A DNA stretch of 64,000 bases from a bacterium. GTDB lineage: Bacteria > Patescibacteriota > Minisyncoccia > UBA6257 > 02-FULL-45-10c. Below the pieces are notes generated by a model. It was not told where the DNA came from, searched no databases, and saw only the letters and a list, made by a program, of their open reading frames with translations. Location: positions 794 to 64,793 of the forward strand of contig JAJYMK010000001.1 of NCBI GenBank assembly GCA_021786945.1, written 5' to 3'. The position numbers and the translations under genes were made by a program. Below, one piece after another: positions 47,598 to 56,827 of the stretch. Within the stretch, counting starts at the first letter, position 1. The number at the start of each line of letters is the position of its first letter.

Positions 47598-49526
47598 TTA
47601 AGTTCTAAATTTATATAATTGTAGACCATTCAAAACAACAATTAGAGTAACGCCAACATCGGCAAAAATAGCCAAAGATAGATTACTTAAACCGAATACA
47701 GCCAAAATTAAGAATATAAACTTAGCGCCTAGCGCAAAATAAGTATTAAATTTTATCTTAGATACGGTCTTTCGACTCAATTCAATCAAATAAGGTATAA
47801 GTTTAAGATCGTCATTCATTAGAGCTATATCTGCACTTTCAATAGCGACATCGGAGCCAAGCGACCCCATAGCTATGCCTACACTGGCTCCCGCCAAGGA
47901 CGGTGCATCATTAACGCCGTCGCCAACCATTGCCACTTTAATATTTTGTTTGGATTTGTCGGTTATGATGTTAACTTTATCTTCGGGCATTTTTTCTGAA
48001 TATATTTCAGATATGCCCAACGCTTGGGAAACATATTTAGCCGATCCGTCATTGTCGCCAGTCACCATGTAACATTTTATCCTCAATTTTTTTAGTTTAT
48101 CAATCGTTGGTCTTGAGTCATTTCTTATTTCATCAGATAAGGCAATTATTCCTTTTACTGTTTTTTCTCCGCCCAAGAATATAACCGTCTTACCTTCTTC
48201 TTCCAGTCTAATTTTTTCGCCCTCCATCTGTTTACTGATTTCAGTATTGTTAAATTGACTTTCAACCAATCCAATTTTTCCCAGGCAGTGTCTGGTATCA
48301 GTGCAGACTGTACAATCTCCTAAAACACCTTCTCCTTGCATTGATTTAAAATTATTAAATTGATGAATCTCTACCTCTTGCGAAACCGCTTTTTCAACTA
48401 CACCTTGTGATAATGGGTGTTCGGAAAATTTACCAAGACCAGCAGAACAGCTTAATACTTCTTCTTTAGTAAAACCATTAAAAGGTATGATATCGGTCAC
48501 TTCGGGTTTCCCCACAGTTAATGTCTTTGTTTTATCAAAACCAATTTCTGTTATTTGAGATAAGTCCTCAATAATCTTACCACCTTTGATCAAAGCTCCT
48601 TTTTGACTGGCGTTACCGAGCGCTGAAAATACTGAGATTGGTGTTGATATCACTAAGGCGCATGGGCAGGCAATAAGCAGAATTGTCAGTGATTGCACCA
48701 GCCAAAATTGCATTGAGCCATTAAGAACAAAGACAGGAACGATAAATAATGCAATAGCAAAAATAGTTACGGCCGGCGTATAATAGCGTGCAAATTTTTC
48801 AATAAATTTTTGTGACTCTGCTTTTTTCTTTACTGCTTCGCCGGTCATGTGAACAATTTTATTCAGGGTTGAGTCTTTTGCCTCTTTTTCGATTTTAATT
48901 TCTAAATAACCGCCATTATTTACTGATCCGGCATATACCTTGTCGCCAATCATTTTACTTTTTGGCAGTGGTTCACCTGTGATTGTCGATTCATCAACCA
49001 GGCTGTCACCAAAAACAATCTCTCCATCAAGACCAATTTTGTCTCCGGGTTTGATTATAATAATTTCTCCAATCCCGACCTCTTCGATTCTTACACTCTT
49101 GCCGGATTTAAGTTCGGCCGTTTTCGGAGAGCTGTTTATTAATTTTTCTAAAGCTAAACGACTTCGCTGAATGCCGTATTCCTCTAAGGCTTCACCCAGA
49201 CCAAACAAAACTACAATGATTGAGGCTTCTTCAAATTTCTGAAGGAATATTGCCCCGATAATTGCAATAGCCATCAAGAGATTGATATCCGAGAAATTAA
49301 ATTTGAATAAATTTTTGAATCCGCTGAGAAATATTTTTCTGCCAAAAATTAAAATCACGGCAATAAAAAACGGAAATCGAATCCACGGACTAAGATCAAT
49401 CGAGAGAAACGAGAGCACTTCCAGCGGAATAATAAAGAATAGTGCACCTACTAACCACCTGATTTTGCTATGTGATGGTTTTATTTTATTTTTTTGTTCT
49501 TTAGAACAATTTTCGCAATCATCCAT
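47598..49526 (-). CDS. P1B-type heavy-metal-translocating ATPase (element cargo) with a non-canonical phosphorylation motif DKTKT.
   Basis: CPC motif LIACPCALVISTP. GDGVNDAPSLA. TGDN-like MVTGDNDGS. DKTKTLT instead of DKTGTLT (I checked the DNA: gat aaa aca aag aca tta). The track start at 49604 overlaps the next gene. The internal Met (MDDCENC, 49526) is preferred. Confidence 0.8.
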   Translation of the reverse strand: MDDCENCSKEQKNKIKPSHSKIRWLVGALFFIIPLEVLSFLSIDLSPWIRFPFFIAVILIFGRKIFLSGFKNLFKFNFSDINLLMAIAIIGAIFLQKFEEASIIVVLFGLGEALEEYGIQRSRLALEKLINSSPKTAELKSGKSVRIEEVGIGEIIIIKPGDKIGLDGEIVFGDSLVDESTITGEPLPKSKMIGDKVYAGSVNNGGYLEIKIEKEAKDSTLNKIVHMTGEAVKKKAESQKFIEKFARYYTPAVTIFAIALFIVPVFVLNGSMQFWLVQSLTILLIACPCALVISTPISVFSALGNASQKGALIKGGKIIEDLSQITEIGFDKTKTLTVGKPEVTDIIPFNGFTKEEVLSCSAGLGKFSEHPLSQGVVEKAVSQEVEIHQFNNFKSMQGEGVLGDCTVCTDTRHCLGKIGLVESQFNNTEISKQMEGEKIRLEEEGKTVIFLGGEKTVKGIIALSDEIRNDSRPTIDKLKKLRIKCYMVTGDNDGSAKYVSQALGISEIYSEKMPEDKVNIITDKSKQNIKVAMVGDGVNDAPSLAGASVGIAMGSLGSDVAIESADIALMNDDLKLIPYLIELSRKTVSKIKFNTYFALGAKFIFLILAVFGLSNLSLAIFADVGVTLIVVLNGLQLYKFRT

Positions 49527-49530
49527 AAAT

Positions 49531-50463
49531 TTAAAATATAATGAATTTATTGAGCACACTTTTGTATACTCTGTAAGGCTTCGGTCCGACAAATGCCTTA
49601 CCATTAATAAATACGGTGGGTGTTCCGTATAGATGTGTTTTTCTTAATTGATTGACCTGATTAGTCACAGCTTCTTTTGTTGCGGAGTCGTTAACACAAT
49701 CATTTATTTTACTGATATCAAAATCAAAATTTTTCAATATCGTATTGATGTATTCGGACTGATAGATTTCCACCTTATCAACAGTAAATAGGTAGTCATT
49801 AAAAGACCAAAATCTATCTCCATATTCCTTATAAACGCAATAACCGACTTCAGATAGAAAATTGGTATTTTCTTTGGCTGGGTAATGAGCGAAAATATAA
49901 TTGGTCTTTTTTTCTCGTACTAACTTTTGAATATCCGGATAAGCCTTTCTTGTGTAGTCGCATTCATAACAGCCGATCAAAACTATCGTATCTTTAGCGC
50001 CGACTTGCTTAGTCGGAAAGGACGATAAGTCAACGCCGTCCAATGATACATTTTTTTCTGATTTTTCTTCAATTCCGCAAGAAGCATTTATTTCAGTCAC
50101 TTTGTTGTTCTCTCCCTTTGGATCAAAAGCACAAAATCCGCTTTGATTTAATCCATTGCAACTACCGTAAAGATAATAGTTATAACCTCCCTTAACGACA
50201 TAGAATGTGCTGGCAATCATAAGAATAAAAAATATCCAGGCAAACACTTCGTAATAACGATTAAAAGCACGAGCCAAAAAGGTTGACCGATTAAGTAGTT
50301 TGGCAACCATGTGGCTCTTAATTTTTTCTTTGAAGCCAGTATTGCACGGACGCAAGGTCACTCTCCTAAACACGCAATCCAGGGCCTCCTTGGCCATTTG
50401 CCTGTGGGTGGCACTGAAAATGCCAAGTATGGAAAATATTATTAAAGCTACAATACAAATCAT
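49531..50463 (-). CDS. Membrane-anchored DsbA-like thiol:disulfide oxidoreductase (CxxC = CYEC) with an N-terminal 2-TM domain bearing two extra Cys pairs.
   Basis: Thioredoxin-fold motifs IGCYECDYT and YGTPTVFINGK (cf. DsbA GVPTFFING). N-terminal TM helices with C..C loops. Confidence 0.6.
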   Translation of the reverse strand: MICIVALIIFSILGIFSATHRQMAKEALDCVFRRVTLRPCNTGFKEKIKSHMVAKLLNRSTFLARAFNRYYEVFAWIFFILMIASTFYVVKGGYNYYLYGSCNGLNQSGFCAFDPKGENNKVTEINASCGIEEKSEKNVSLDGVDLSSFPTKQVGAKDTIVLIGCYECDYTRKAYPDIQKLVREKKTNYIFAHYPAKENTNFLSEVGYCVYKEYGDRFWSFNDYLFTVDKVEIYQSEYINTILKNFDFDISKINDCVNDSATKEAVTNQVNQLRKTHLYGTPTVFINGKAFVGPKPYRVYKSVLNKFIIF

Positions 50464-50473
50464 AATTTTGTTT

Positions 50474-51187
50474 TTAGAAATTTCTAATTTTATTTACTTT
50501 CCAATTCATCAGATGTCTGGTCAGATTTTGATAAATGAACTTTTTTATTAAATTCAGCTTCTGTCTGTGAGCAGGAAAGAAAGAATCTGGATCATCAAAG
50601 ACTCCAAAGTCTTTTTTTACGGCCTCTTTTTGGATATAGGTGTCATTTTCATTCCAATAAATATCTGGGTTTTTGAATTTTTTTGTACCAACACCAAAGC
50701 CACAAAAAGCACCGTCACAATTCTTGAATTTTATTTGTAATTTCTTGATATATTCTAAATCTAAAATAAAACCCTCTATGTTTAACCATTTACCTTTGTA
50801 ATACACTTCCACCCAGCTATGAATAATTTCTTCCGGAGCCAGCTTATACCATATCCCAGTTATAATACCTTTTTGCAATTCTTTATGGATTGTAAATCCA
50901 TGAATCCTGCAAGGAATTCCGATTGCCCGGAGTAATGCCATAAATAAAATCCCTTTTGTATTGCAATGACCATAACCCTCACTTAAAATTTCCGAGGCAG
51001 GAAGGGCATCATCTGCATTATACCCAAACCTAATCTCATCGCGAATAAAATTATAGACTGTATATATTTTTTCTTTGTCGGGGAGGGCTTCCCATTTGTG
51101 GATACTGATTAACTCCTGAATATTCTTGCTGTGAAAATTTAACAAAAGGGTTTCTTCCAAATATTTGTTCATGCTATTATTTGTCAT
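50474..51187 (-). CDS. Transglutaminase-like cysteine protease superfamily protein.
   Basis: Cys in EGYGHCNTKGILFMALLRAIGIPCR. His in HSWVEVY. Downstream Asp. Confidence 0.65.
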   Translation of the reverse strand: MTNNSMNKYLEETLLLNFHSKNIQELISIHKWEALPDKEKIYTVYNFIRDEIRFGYNADDALPASEILSEGYGHCNTKGILFMALLRAIGIPCRIHGFTIHKELQKGIITGIWYKLAPEEIIHSWVEVYYKGKWLNIEGFILDLEYIKKLQIKFKNCDGAFCGFGVGTKKFKNPDIYWNENDTYIQKEAVKKDFGVFDDPDSFFPAHRQKLNLIKKFIYQNLTRHLMNWKVNKIRNF

Positions 51188-52461
51188 ATTATCTTCATAA
51201 TTTTATCCAAACTGTTGATAAAGACGCTCGCTTCTTCCAGGCTGTTGTAGAAATAAAGTGATACTCTGGCGGAATTATAAATTTTCTTATCATTAAACCA
51301 AGAATGAACACAGTGTTGCCCCGATCGAATCATAATATTAGACATCTCATCAAGCATTAAGGCAAATTGGTGCATGTCCACACCATCAATATAAAAAGAA
51401 ATTATACCTGATCTTAAGGCCGGATCACCGGGGCCGATGATCTTTATTTTTGGCCACCTACTGAGCTCATCCGTTATATATTTATTAAGTTCATATTCCT
51501 GCTTTTTTATACTGTCAAATCCCACAGCTTCGAGATATTTAACTGCTTCGCCGAGTCCGATAATTCCGGCGTAATCCTGCAGGCCAGCCTCAAACTTTTC
51601 TGGAGCTTTTAACATTTCATGTTTAGTGTAAGTGGAATACTCAACCGTATCTCCGCCGACCATGAATGGCTCTAATTTTTCCAATAAACTGTATTTGGCA
51701 TAAAAGACTCCAGTTCCGGTCGGTCCTAACATTTTGTGACCAGAAAAAGCGAGAAAATCTACATCTAAATCTTTAGCATCTATTTTTTTATGGGGAGCAC
51801 TTTGGGCGGCATCCAAAAAAACAAGTGCGCCGTTTTCGTGGGCGATTTTTATAATTTCTTTAGCCGGGATAGTCGTGCCATCCAGATTAGAAGTATAAAC
51901 CATTGATATCAATCTCGCTTCTTTTGCCAGCTCTTTATATTTTTCAAGATCAAATGTCCCGTCGTCTTTTGATTTAACAACTCTATGCCTGATCCCTTTG
52001 TTTTTTACCAACATCTGCCACGGAATCAAATTGGAATTATGCTCCTTGTCGGTTGTAAGCACTAAATCACCTTTTACCCATGGGAATGTATGTGCCAGTA
52101 AATTAATGGCTTCTGTGGTATTTCGTGTAAAAACAATTTCTTGTTCGCCAGCATTAATAAACTTGGCAATAATTTGCCTTGCTTCTCTTACTTTTTTTGT
52201 TACTATTTCCCCTAATTTATGAGAACTTCTGCCGGAACAGGCTGGGAATTCAAAATAATATTCATTCATGGCGTCAATGACCTGTCGGGGTTTCAAGCTC
52301 ATACAAGCATTGTCAAAATAGACAATGGGTTTGCCTTTTATTTGCTTACTTACCAGTAGGAAGTCTTTTTTTATTTTTTCGTAATCTAACATGTTTAGAT
52401 ATGTTACTGATCGGGGGCATTTTTTATTGATGCCCCCGATCAATTTTATAATTAGTGACAA
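51184..52461 (-). CDS. sufS: Cysteine desulfurase, SufS/CsdA group (class V aminotransferase).
   Basis: PLP-Lys FSGHKMLGPTGTGVFY. Catalytic Cys in RSGQHCV (cf. RAGHHCA). 425 aa. Confidence 0.8.
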   Translation of the reverse strand: MSLIIKLIGGINKKCPRSVTYLNMLDYEKIKKDFLLVSKQIKGKPIVYFDNACMSLKPRQVIDAMNEYYFEFPACSGRSSHKLGEIVTKKVREARQIIAKFINAGEQEIVFTRNTTEAINLLAHTFPWVKGDLVLTTDKEHNSNLIPWQMLVKNKGIRHRVVKSKDDGTFDLEKYKELAKEARLISMVYTSNLDGTTIPAKEIIKIAHENGALVFLDAAQSAPHKKIDAKDLDVDFLAFSGHKMLGPTGTGVFYAKYSLLEKLEPFMVGGDTVEYSTYTKHEMLKAPEKFEAGLQDYAGIIGLGEAVKYLEAVGFDSIKKQEYELNKYITDELSRWPKIKIIGPGDPALRSGIISFYIDGVDMHQFALMLDEMSNIMIRSGQHCVHSWFNDKKIYNSARVSLYFYNSLEEASVFINSLDKIMKII

Positions 52462-53471
52462 CCTCCATTGCCAGAGCTTCCTGAAGGTGCGACGCCTCCA
52501 CCAAAGCCTGGGGCTGGTGTTTCGCTCGATAATTCAGTAGAACATTCTTTGGGAGGATTATTGAAAGCAGAACAGATAGACTTTAATAAACTTTTACTAT
52601 CCCTTCCGCTTTGGCTTTGAGTGCCATTGATAACCAGTGTTGGCGATCCTTGCACGCCATATTTATTATTGTCGCTTTTAAATATTTCAAATCCCGGGTA
52701 GCTTCCCTTAAACCCAACTTTGTTGTTGAAATTTTCCAACACCTTGTATTCTTTATCGGTTTTAGCAACACAGCTACTGAGTTTAGTTTTATCTACTCCA
52801 GACTGGATAAGACAATTTTCGGCTCCACCGTCACCATCCTTCAAGAAACATTCCAAATAAGTCAAATATTTTGCTGTCTGTTCTTTTTGAATACAGTACT
52901 GATTTAACTGTTCCTTTAATTCTTTCTCACCATGCATGGCATAGTCTGTGAATTTTATCTTAAAGTCAATTTTATCACCCAAGACTTTGGCTACTGGCAA
53001 AATTCCCTTTTCAATCTGAGTCCCGTAAGGGCAGTGACTCATCACAAACAGTTCCACCGCAGGTTTGTCAGATTTCTGTTCGACGGTGGATACAACAGGA
53101 TCAGAGTCTTCTTTTGTGTTTTCTTTACTGCCGGCCACACTATTTTTAATCATCTCAAGAGATTGTGGAAAAAACCTTTTACCATCTTTAGTCACAAAAG
53201 ATTCAATCTTCTGCTCATTGTAGGTCACCTCCAATTTATATAAGTTACCTTCCTTACCTAGCACTTTAACCGTTGCTGACCCTTTGCCCTGTAAAAGTTC
53301 TGAATTCACAAATTCAGTTGATTTAGCCTCAATATCCTTAACTGAAAGCCAAGATGAGGAAGCGAAAGCGTAATACGCAAATCCAGCCAGCCCTGCCAAG
53401 ATAATCCCTGCCGTAATCCCAATTAATAATTGTTTATTCAATATTTTATTTAGTGTCATAATTTTATTCAT
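52452..53471 (-). CDS. Membrane-anchored thioredoxin-fold (DsbA-like) protein with degenerate active site CPYG and a Gly-rich C-terminal tail ending in Cys-His.
   Basis: VMSHCPYGTQ. GSPTLVINGTQ (cis-Pro loop region). N-terminal TM. 339 aa. Confidence 0.5.
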   Translation of the reverse strand: MNKIMTLNKILNKQLLIGITAGIILAGLAGFAYYAFASSSWLSVKDIEAKSTEFVNSELLQGKGSATVKVLGKEGNLYKLEVTYNEQKIESFVTKDGKRFFPQSLEMIKNSVAGSKENTKEDSDPVVSTVEQKSDKPAVELFVMSHCPYGTQIEKGILPVAKVLGDKIDFKIKFTDYAMHGEKELKEQLNQYCIQKEQTAKYLTYLECFLKDGDGGAENCLIQSGVDKTKLSSCVAKTDKEYKVLENFNNKVGFKGSYPGFEIFKSDNNKYGVQGSPTLVINGTQSQSGRDSKSLLKSICSAFNNPPKECSTELSSETPAPGFGGGVAPSGSSGNGGCH

Positions 53472-53529
53472 TAATGTTTAGGTAATAAAAGACTACCCAG
53501 CACAAAACAAAGGTAGTCAACCACAAACA

Positions 53530-53970
53530 TTAATAAATTTTTGGGTTCAAAATCCCAGCCGAGAAAAGAATTACTAGGAGGCTAAGGGGGCCGGGTGATG
53601 GATTAATTTGAAATTTTTGATTACATGAATCACGATCAGAAAAGTTTGTTTTGTTTTTGAAATATCCAAACAGAATAAGCGAAAAGAGTAAGACAAGTAT
53701 TAAAGAAGTCATTCCGTCTGTTTTGATAGTCGCATTAAGAAATTGGGATCTTTCTTGTATGTGCTGGTCGAATGTTTCGCTTACGCAACTATTATCACTG
53801 CAAACTGGTGCACTAAAAGAACAGCCATCTGGTAAGCATATATTCCAAGAAAAAGACAACAGCACCACAAAAGATGTCAAGATAAGAAAAGTGGTAATTA
53901 TGTTGTTTTTTAAGAATCTATGCATATGAATAATTATTCGGGAATATATTCCTGATGACCACAATGACAA
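53530..53970 (-). CDS. Cys-rich membrane protein, hypothetical.
   Basis: 146 aa. Two TM segments. CLPDGCSFSAPVCSDNSC. Confidence 0.35.
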   Translation of the reverse strand: MSLWSSGIYSRIIIHMHRFLKNNIITTFLILTSFVVLLSFSWNICLPDGCSFSAPVCSDNSCVSETFDQHIQERSQFLNATIKTDGMTSLILVLLFSLILFGYFKNKTNFSDRDSCNQKFQINPSPGPLSLLVILFSAGILNPKIY

Positions 53971-54449
53971 GCTGTGCCATCGTTTGTGGACATACTAAAA
54001 TACGACCGCTTAGCGACAATAATTAAATCCGCAAAATTAGGATGGAACGACAAAACTTGCGAATCGGCTTGTAGTGATCGTATGAGCTTTCGGTCCGCTT
54101 CATCCGGTGTTGGGTCAATAGAGCCCGGATGGTTCAATAGAATAATAAACTTCTTGGCCAAAAATAGAGAGAAGTAATGCCACAGCATTTGAGTATCAAA
54201 ATTCTTGGGAGATGATCCGAGGAAAACTTGATGACCGAGGAATAGATTTTTGTCATCAAGATAAATTCCAATAATCTTGGAAACATTCTCGTTTTCCAAG
54301 TCCTTAAGAAATTTATATAAGTCCTCTGGATCACGAACTTGACCCTGAATAGGTAGTTCAACATCAGTCTCAACGATTTCAAATTTCTTCAAATATCGTT
54401 TACCTTCCTGATGTATATTTTCCTCTTTTTTATCTTCTTGTTTTTTCAT
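53934..54449 (-). CDS. RadC-like JAB/MPN domain protein.
   Basis: LLNHPGSIDPTPDEADRKLIRSL matches the RadC JAMM motif H.HPSG.P.PS..D. 171 aa. Confidence 0.65.
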   Translation of the reverse strand: MKKQEDKKEENIHQEGKRYLKKFEIVETDVELPIQGQVRDPEDLYKFLKDLENENVSKIIGIYLDDKNLFLGHQVFLGSSPKNFDTQMLWHYFSLFLAKKFIILLNHPGSIDPTPDEADRKLIRSLQADSQVLSFHPNFADLIIVAKRSYFSMSTNDGTACHCGHQEYIPE

Positions 54450-54468
54450 AGCGATTTCTTATTAAAAT

Positions 54469-55539
54469 TTATATTTTTACATATCTCGTACCACGGCCAC
54501 GCCCGACACGCTTGACCTTACCGAGTTCAACCAGACGATCCAATGCTTGGCGAACCGTACCGAGGGCAATGTCTGTTGCCTTGACGATTTCGCCGGGAGC
54601 CGCCTCGCCGACACTTGAGATATGCTTCCATACCTCAAATTGTTTTGGTGAGAGAGTGTCTTCCACCCTTTCCTCTTCGAGATATGATAATGCTTTTGTT
54701 GCTTGTTCTCTGACAGCTGAAAGAAAAAAATTCAACCAAGGAGAGATTGTGTCGTGATCAGTCTTGAAAGTTTCTTGTGATTTTCGTAGAGCGATATAGT
54801 ATTCATCTTTTCTGCGTTCAACTATTTGCTCGTGAGAAACATACTGAATGAATTGATATCCCGACTGTAAAAGCAATAGATTTGTAAGGACACGAGAAAG
54901 ACGACCATTACCATCTTCGAATGGGTGGATTTTCAAAAACTCAACGATAAAGTTTGCGATGATTAGGAGGTTATGAAAACGATTCTTCTCAAAAGCATCA
55001 TTTGTCCAATCAACAAGCTCATTCATTTCTTTGCCGGTAAGATAAGCTGGTGTGGTTTCAAACATTATTTGAGCAATGTTTCCGTCCAGTCCAAGAACAC
55101 CGACAGTATTCTCTTTCTTTTTATAACCACCACGATGAGCATCGTCTTTGTGTGAATACTTAAGAAGTTGATTGTGAAGTGAAGTGATCAAACTTTCTCT
55201 CAATGGTAAATTCTGATAACTATCAAAAACATTCTGAAGCGTTTCTAAATATCCCTGAACCTCTTGAGAATCACGATCGGCAAATTTTGAGACAGTAAGA
55301 CCTCTCATAACTTTCTCAACCTCTTCATCGGTCAATCTCGCACCCTCAATACGAGTGGAAGCACCGGCTGAAGTGATCAGTGTAGATTTTTTTAGATTGG
55401 TAATGGCTTGCGGAGTCATTCGTAGCCCAGATTTAAATTCACCACGAATTCCGTCAATCTCAGCCAAAAGAGCCACGATCTGTGGATCGGGATTTTTTAT
55501 TCGATGGTCAAATTTGTTGAAAATGTCGTCCATATTCAT
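54469..55539 (-). CDS. Fic/DOC family protein (AMPylator-type) with C-terminal winged HTH.
   Basis: Fic motif HPFEDGNGRLSRVL (HPFx[DE]GNGR). 356 aa. Confidence 0.9.
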   Translation of the reverse strand: MNMDDIFNKFDHRIKNPDPQIVALLAEIDGIRGEFKSGLRMTPQAITNLKKSTLITSAGASTRIEGARLTDEEVEKVMRGLTVSKFADRDSQEVQGYLETLQNVFDSYQNLPLRESLITSLHNQLLKYSHKDDAHRGGYKKKENTVGVLGLDGNIAQIMFETTPAYLTGKEMNELVDWTNDAFEKNRFHNLLIIANFIVEFLKIHPFEDGNGRLSRVLTNLLLLQSGYQFIQYVSHEQIVERRKDEYYIALRKSQETFKTDHDTISPWLNFFLSAVREQATKALSYLEEERVEDTLSPKQFEVWKHISSVGEAAPGEIVKATDIALGTVRQALDRLVELGKVKRVGRGRGTRYVKI

Positions 55540-55860
55540 AGTTTTGGTTGATAATTTAACGCTATAAGTTATATAGTGGATTATAATGGATTACAGCCGT
55601 AAATGCAAGTCAAAGACCTATAAATATCGAAAAGTCCCGAATATGGAGGTTTTATTGGAATATTAGGCTTAAAATTGGGGTTCAAGTACTGGTATTTCCA
55701 ATGTGAATGAAATTATGTTATAATTTAGTCAACTGGTAATGCTTTGCGTTAGTAGCCGTGAAATATGACAGCTTGCTGCTTTTTTTCAATATACAGGTAT
55801 AATAGCGTTAGCTTAGGTAACAGCAAGCTTCATAAAAAACATCCTTTAAATTTATATCTT

Positions 55861-56826
55861 ATGAACAAACAAATTAGTAAAAAATATAAGTCGCTCGACT
55901 TGTTTGCCGGAGTCGGTGGAATAAGGATGGGTTTTGAAAAAGCTGGGTTTGAGACTGTCTTTGGAAATGATTTTGATGCATATTGCAAAATTACCTATGA
56001 TTTAAATTTCAAGGATGTCCCATTAACGGTTGCTGATATTTCAAAAGTTAAAAGCTCCGATCTGCCAAATTTTGATATTCTCCTTGGAGGATTTCCGTGC
56101 CAGCCTTTTTCAATCGCAGGATATCGTAGGGGGTTTCTTGATACAGGACGGGGTGATTTATTTTTTGAAATTGTAAGAATTTTGCGTGACAAAAAACCAC
56201 GAGCAGTTTTTCTTGAAAATGTAAAAAATTTAAAATCACATGATGGTGGAAAAACTTTTAAGATTATCTCTGATGCCCTTGAGGATCTTGGCTATCATGT
56301 AAAGGTAAAAATACTTAATAGCGTAGAATACGGAAATGTGCCTCAGAACAGAGAAAGAGTTTATATTGTTGGTTTCAAATCAAAAAAACAATATGATGCC
56401 TTTGAATTTCCCGAGCCCGTAAAACTAAGCAAAACTATCGCCGATATTCTTGAAAAGAATGTAGACGAAAAATATTATTATACAAATTCACCACTTTATC
56501 CGGAACTCAATAAAACAATCAAAAAAAATAATGTTGTATACCAGTGGCGTCGCATTTATGTTCGGGAAAATAAGAGTGGAGTTTGTCCAACCCTAACTGC
56601 GAATATGGGCATGGGCGGTCACAATGTTCCCCTGATCAGAGATCATAAGGGAATCCGCAAATTAACCCCACGGGAATGTGCAAGGTTCCAAGGATTTCCT
56701 GACAGTTATAAACTTCCAAAAGATTTTCCTGATACGAAGCTTTATAAACAATTTGGTAATTCAGTTACCACAACCGTGATCGAAAGAGTTGCTAAAAAAA
56801 TAAGCAAGGCTTTAGATGTAAAATAG
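55861..56826 (+). CDS. DNA (cytosine-5)-methyltransferase.
   Basis: Motif I LDLFAGVGGIRMGF. Motif IV GGFPCQPFSIAG. Motif VI FLENVKNL. The track start 55765 is probably too early. I prefer the Met (MNKQISKK) at 55861. Confidence 0.9.
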   Translation: MNKQISKKYKSLDLFAGVGGIRMGFEKAGFETVFGNDFDAYCKITYDLNFKDVPLTVADISKVKSSDLPNFDILLGGFPCQPFSIAGYRRGFLDTGRGDLFFEIVRILRDKKPRAVFLENVKNLKSHDGGKTFKIISDALEDLGYHVKVKILNSVEYGNVPQNRERVYIVGFKSKKQYDAFEFPEPVKLSKTIADILEKNVDEKYYYTNSPLYPELNKTIKKNNVVYQWRRIYVRENKSGVCPTLTANMGMGGHNVPLIRDHKGIRKLTPRECARFQGFPDSYKLPKDFPDTKLYKQFGNSVTTTVIERVAKKISKALDVK

Positions 56827-56827
56827 C

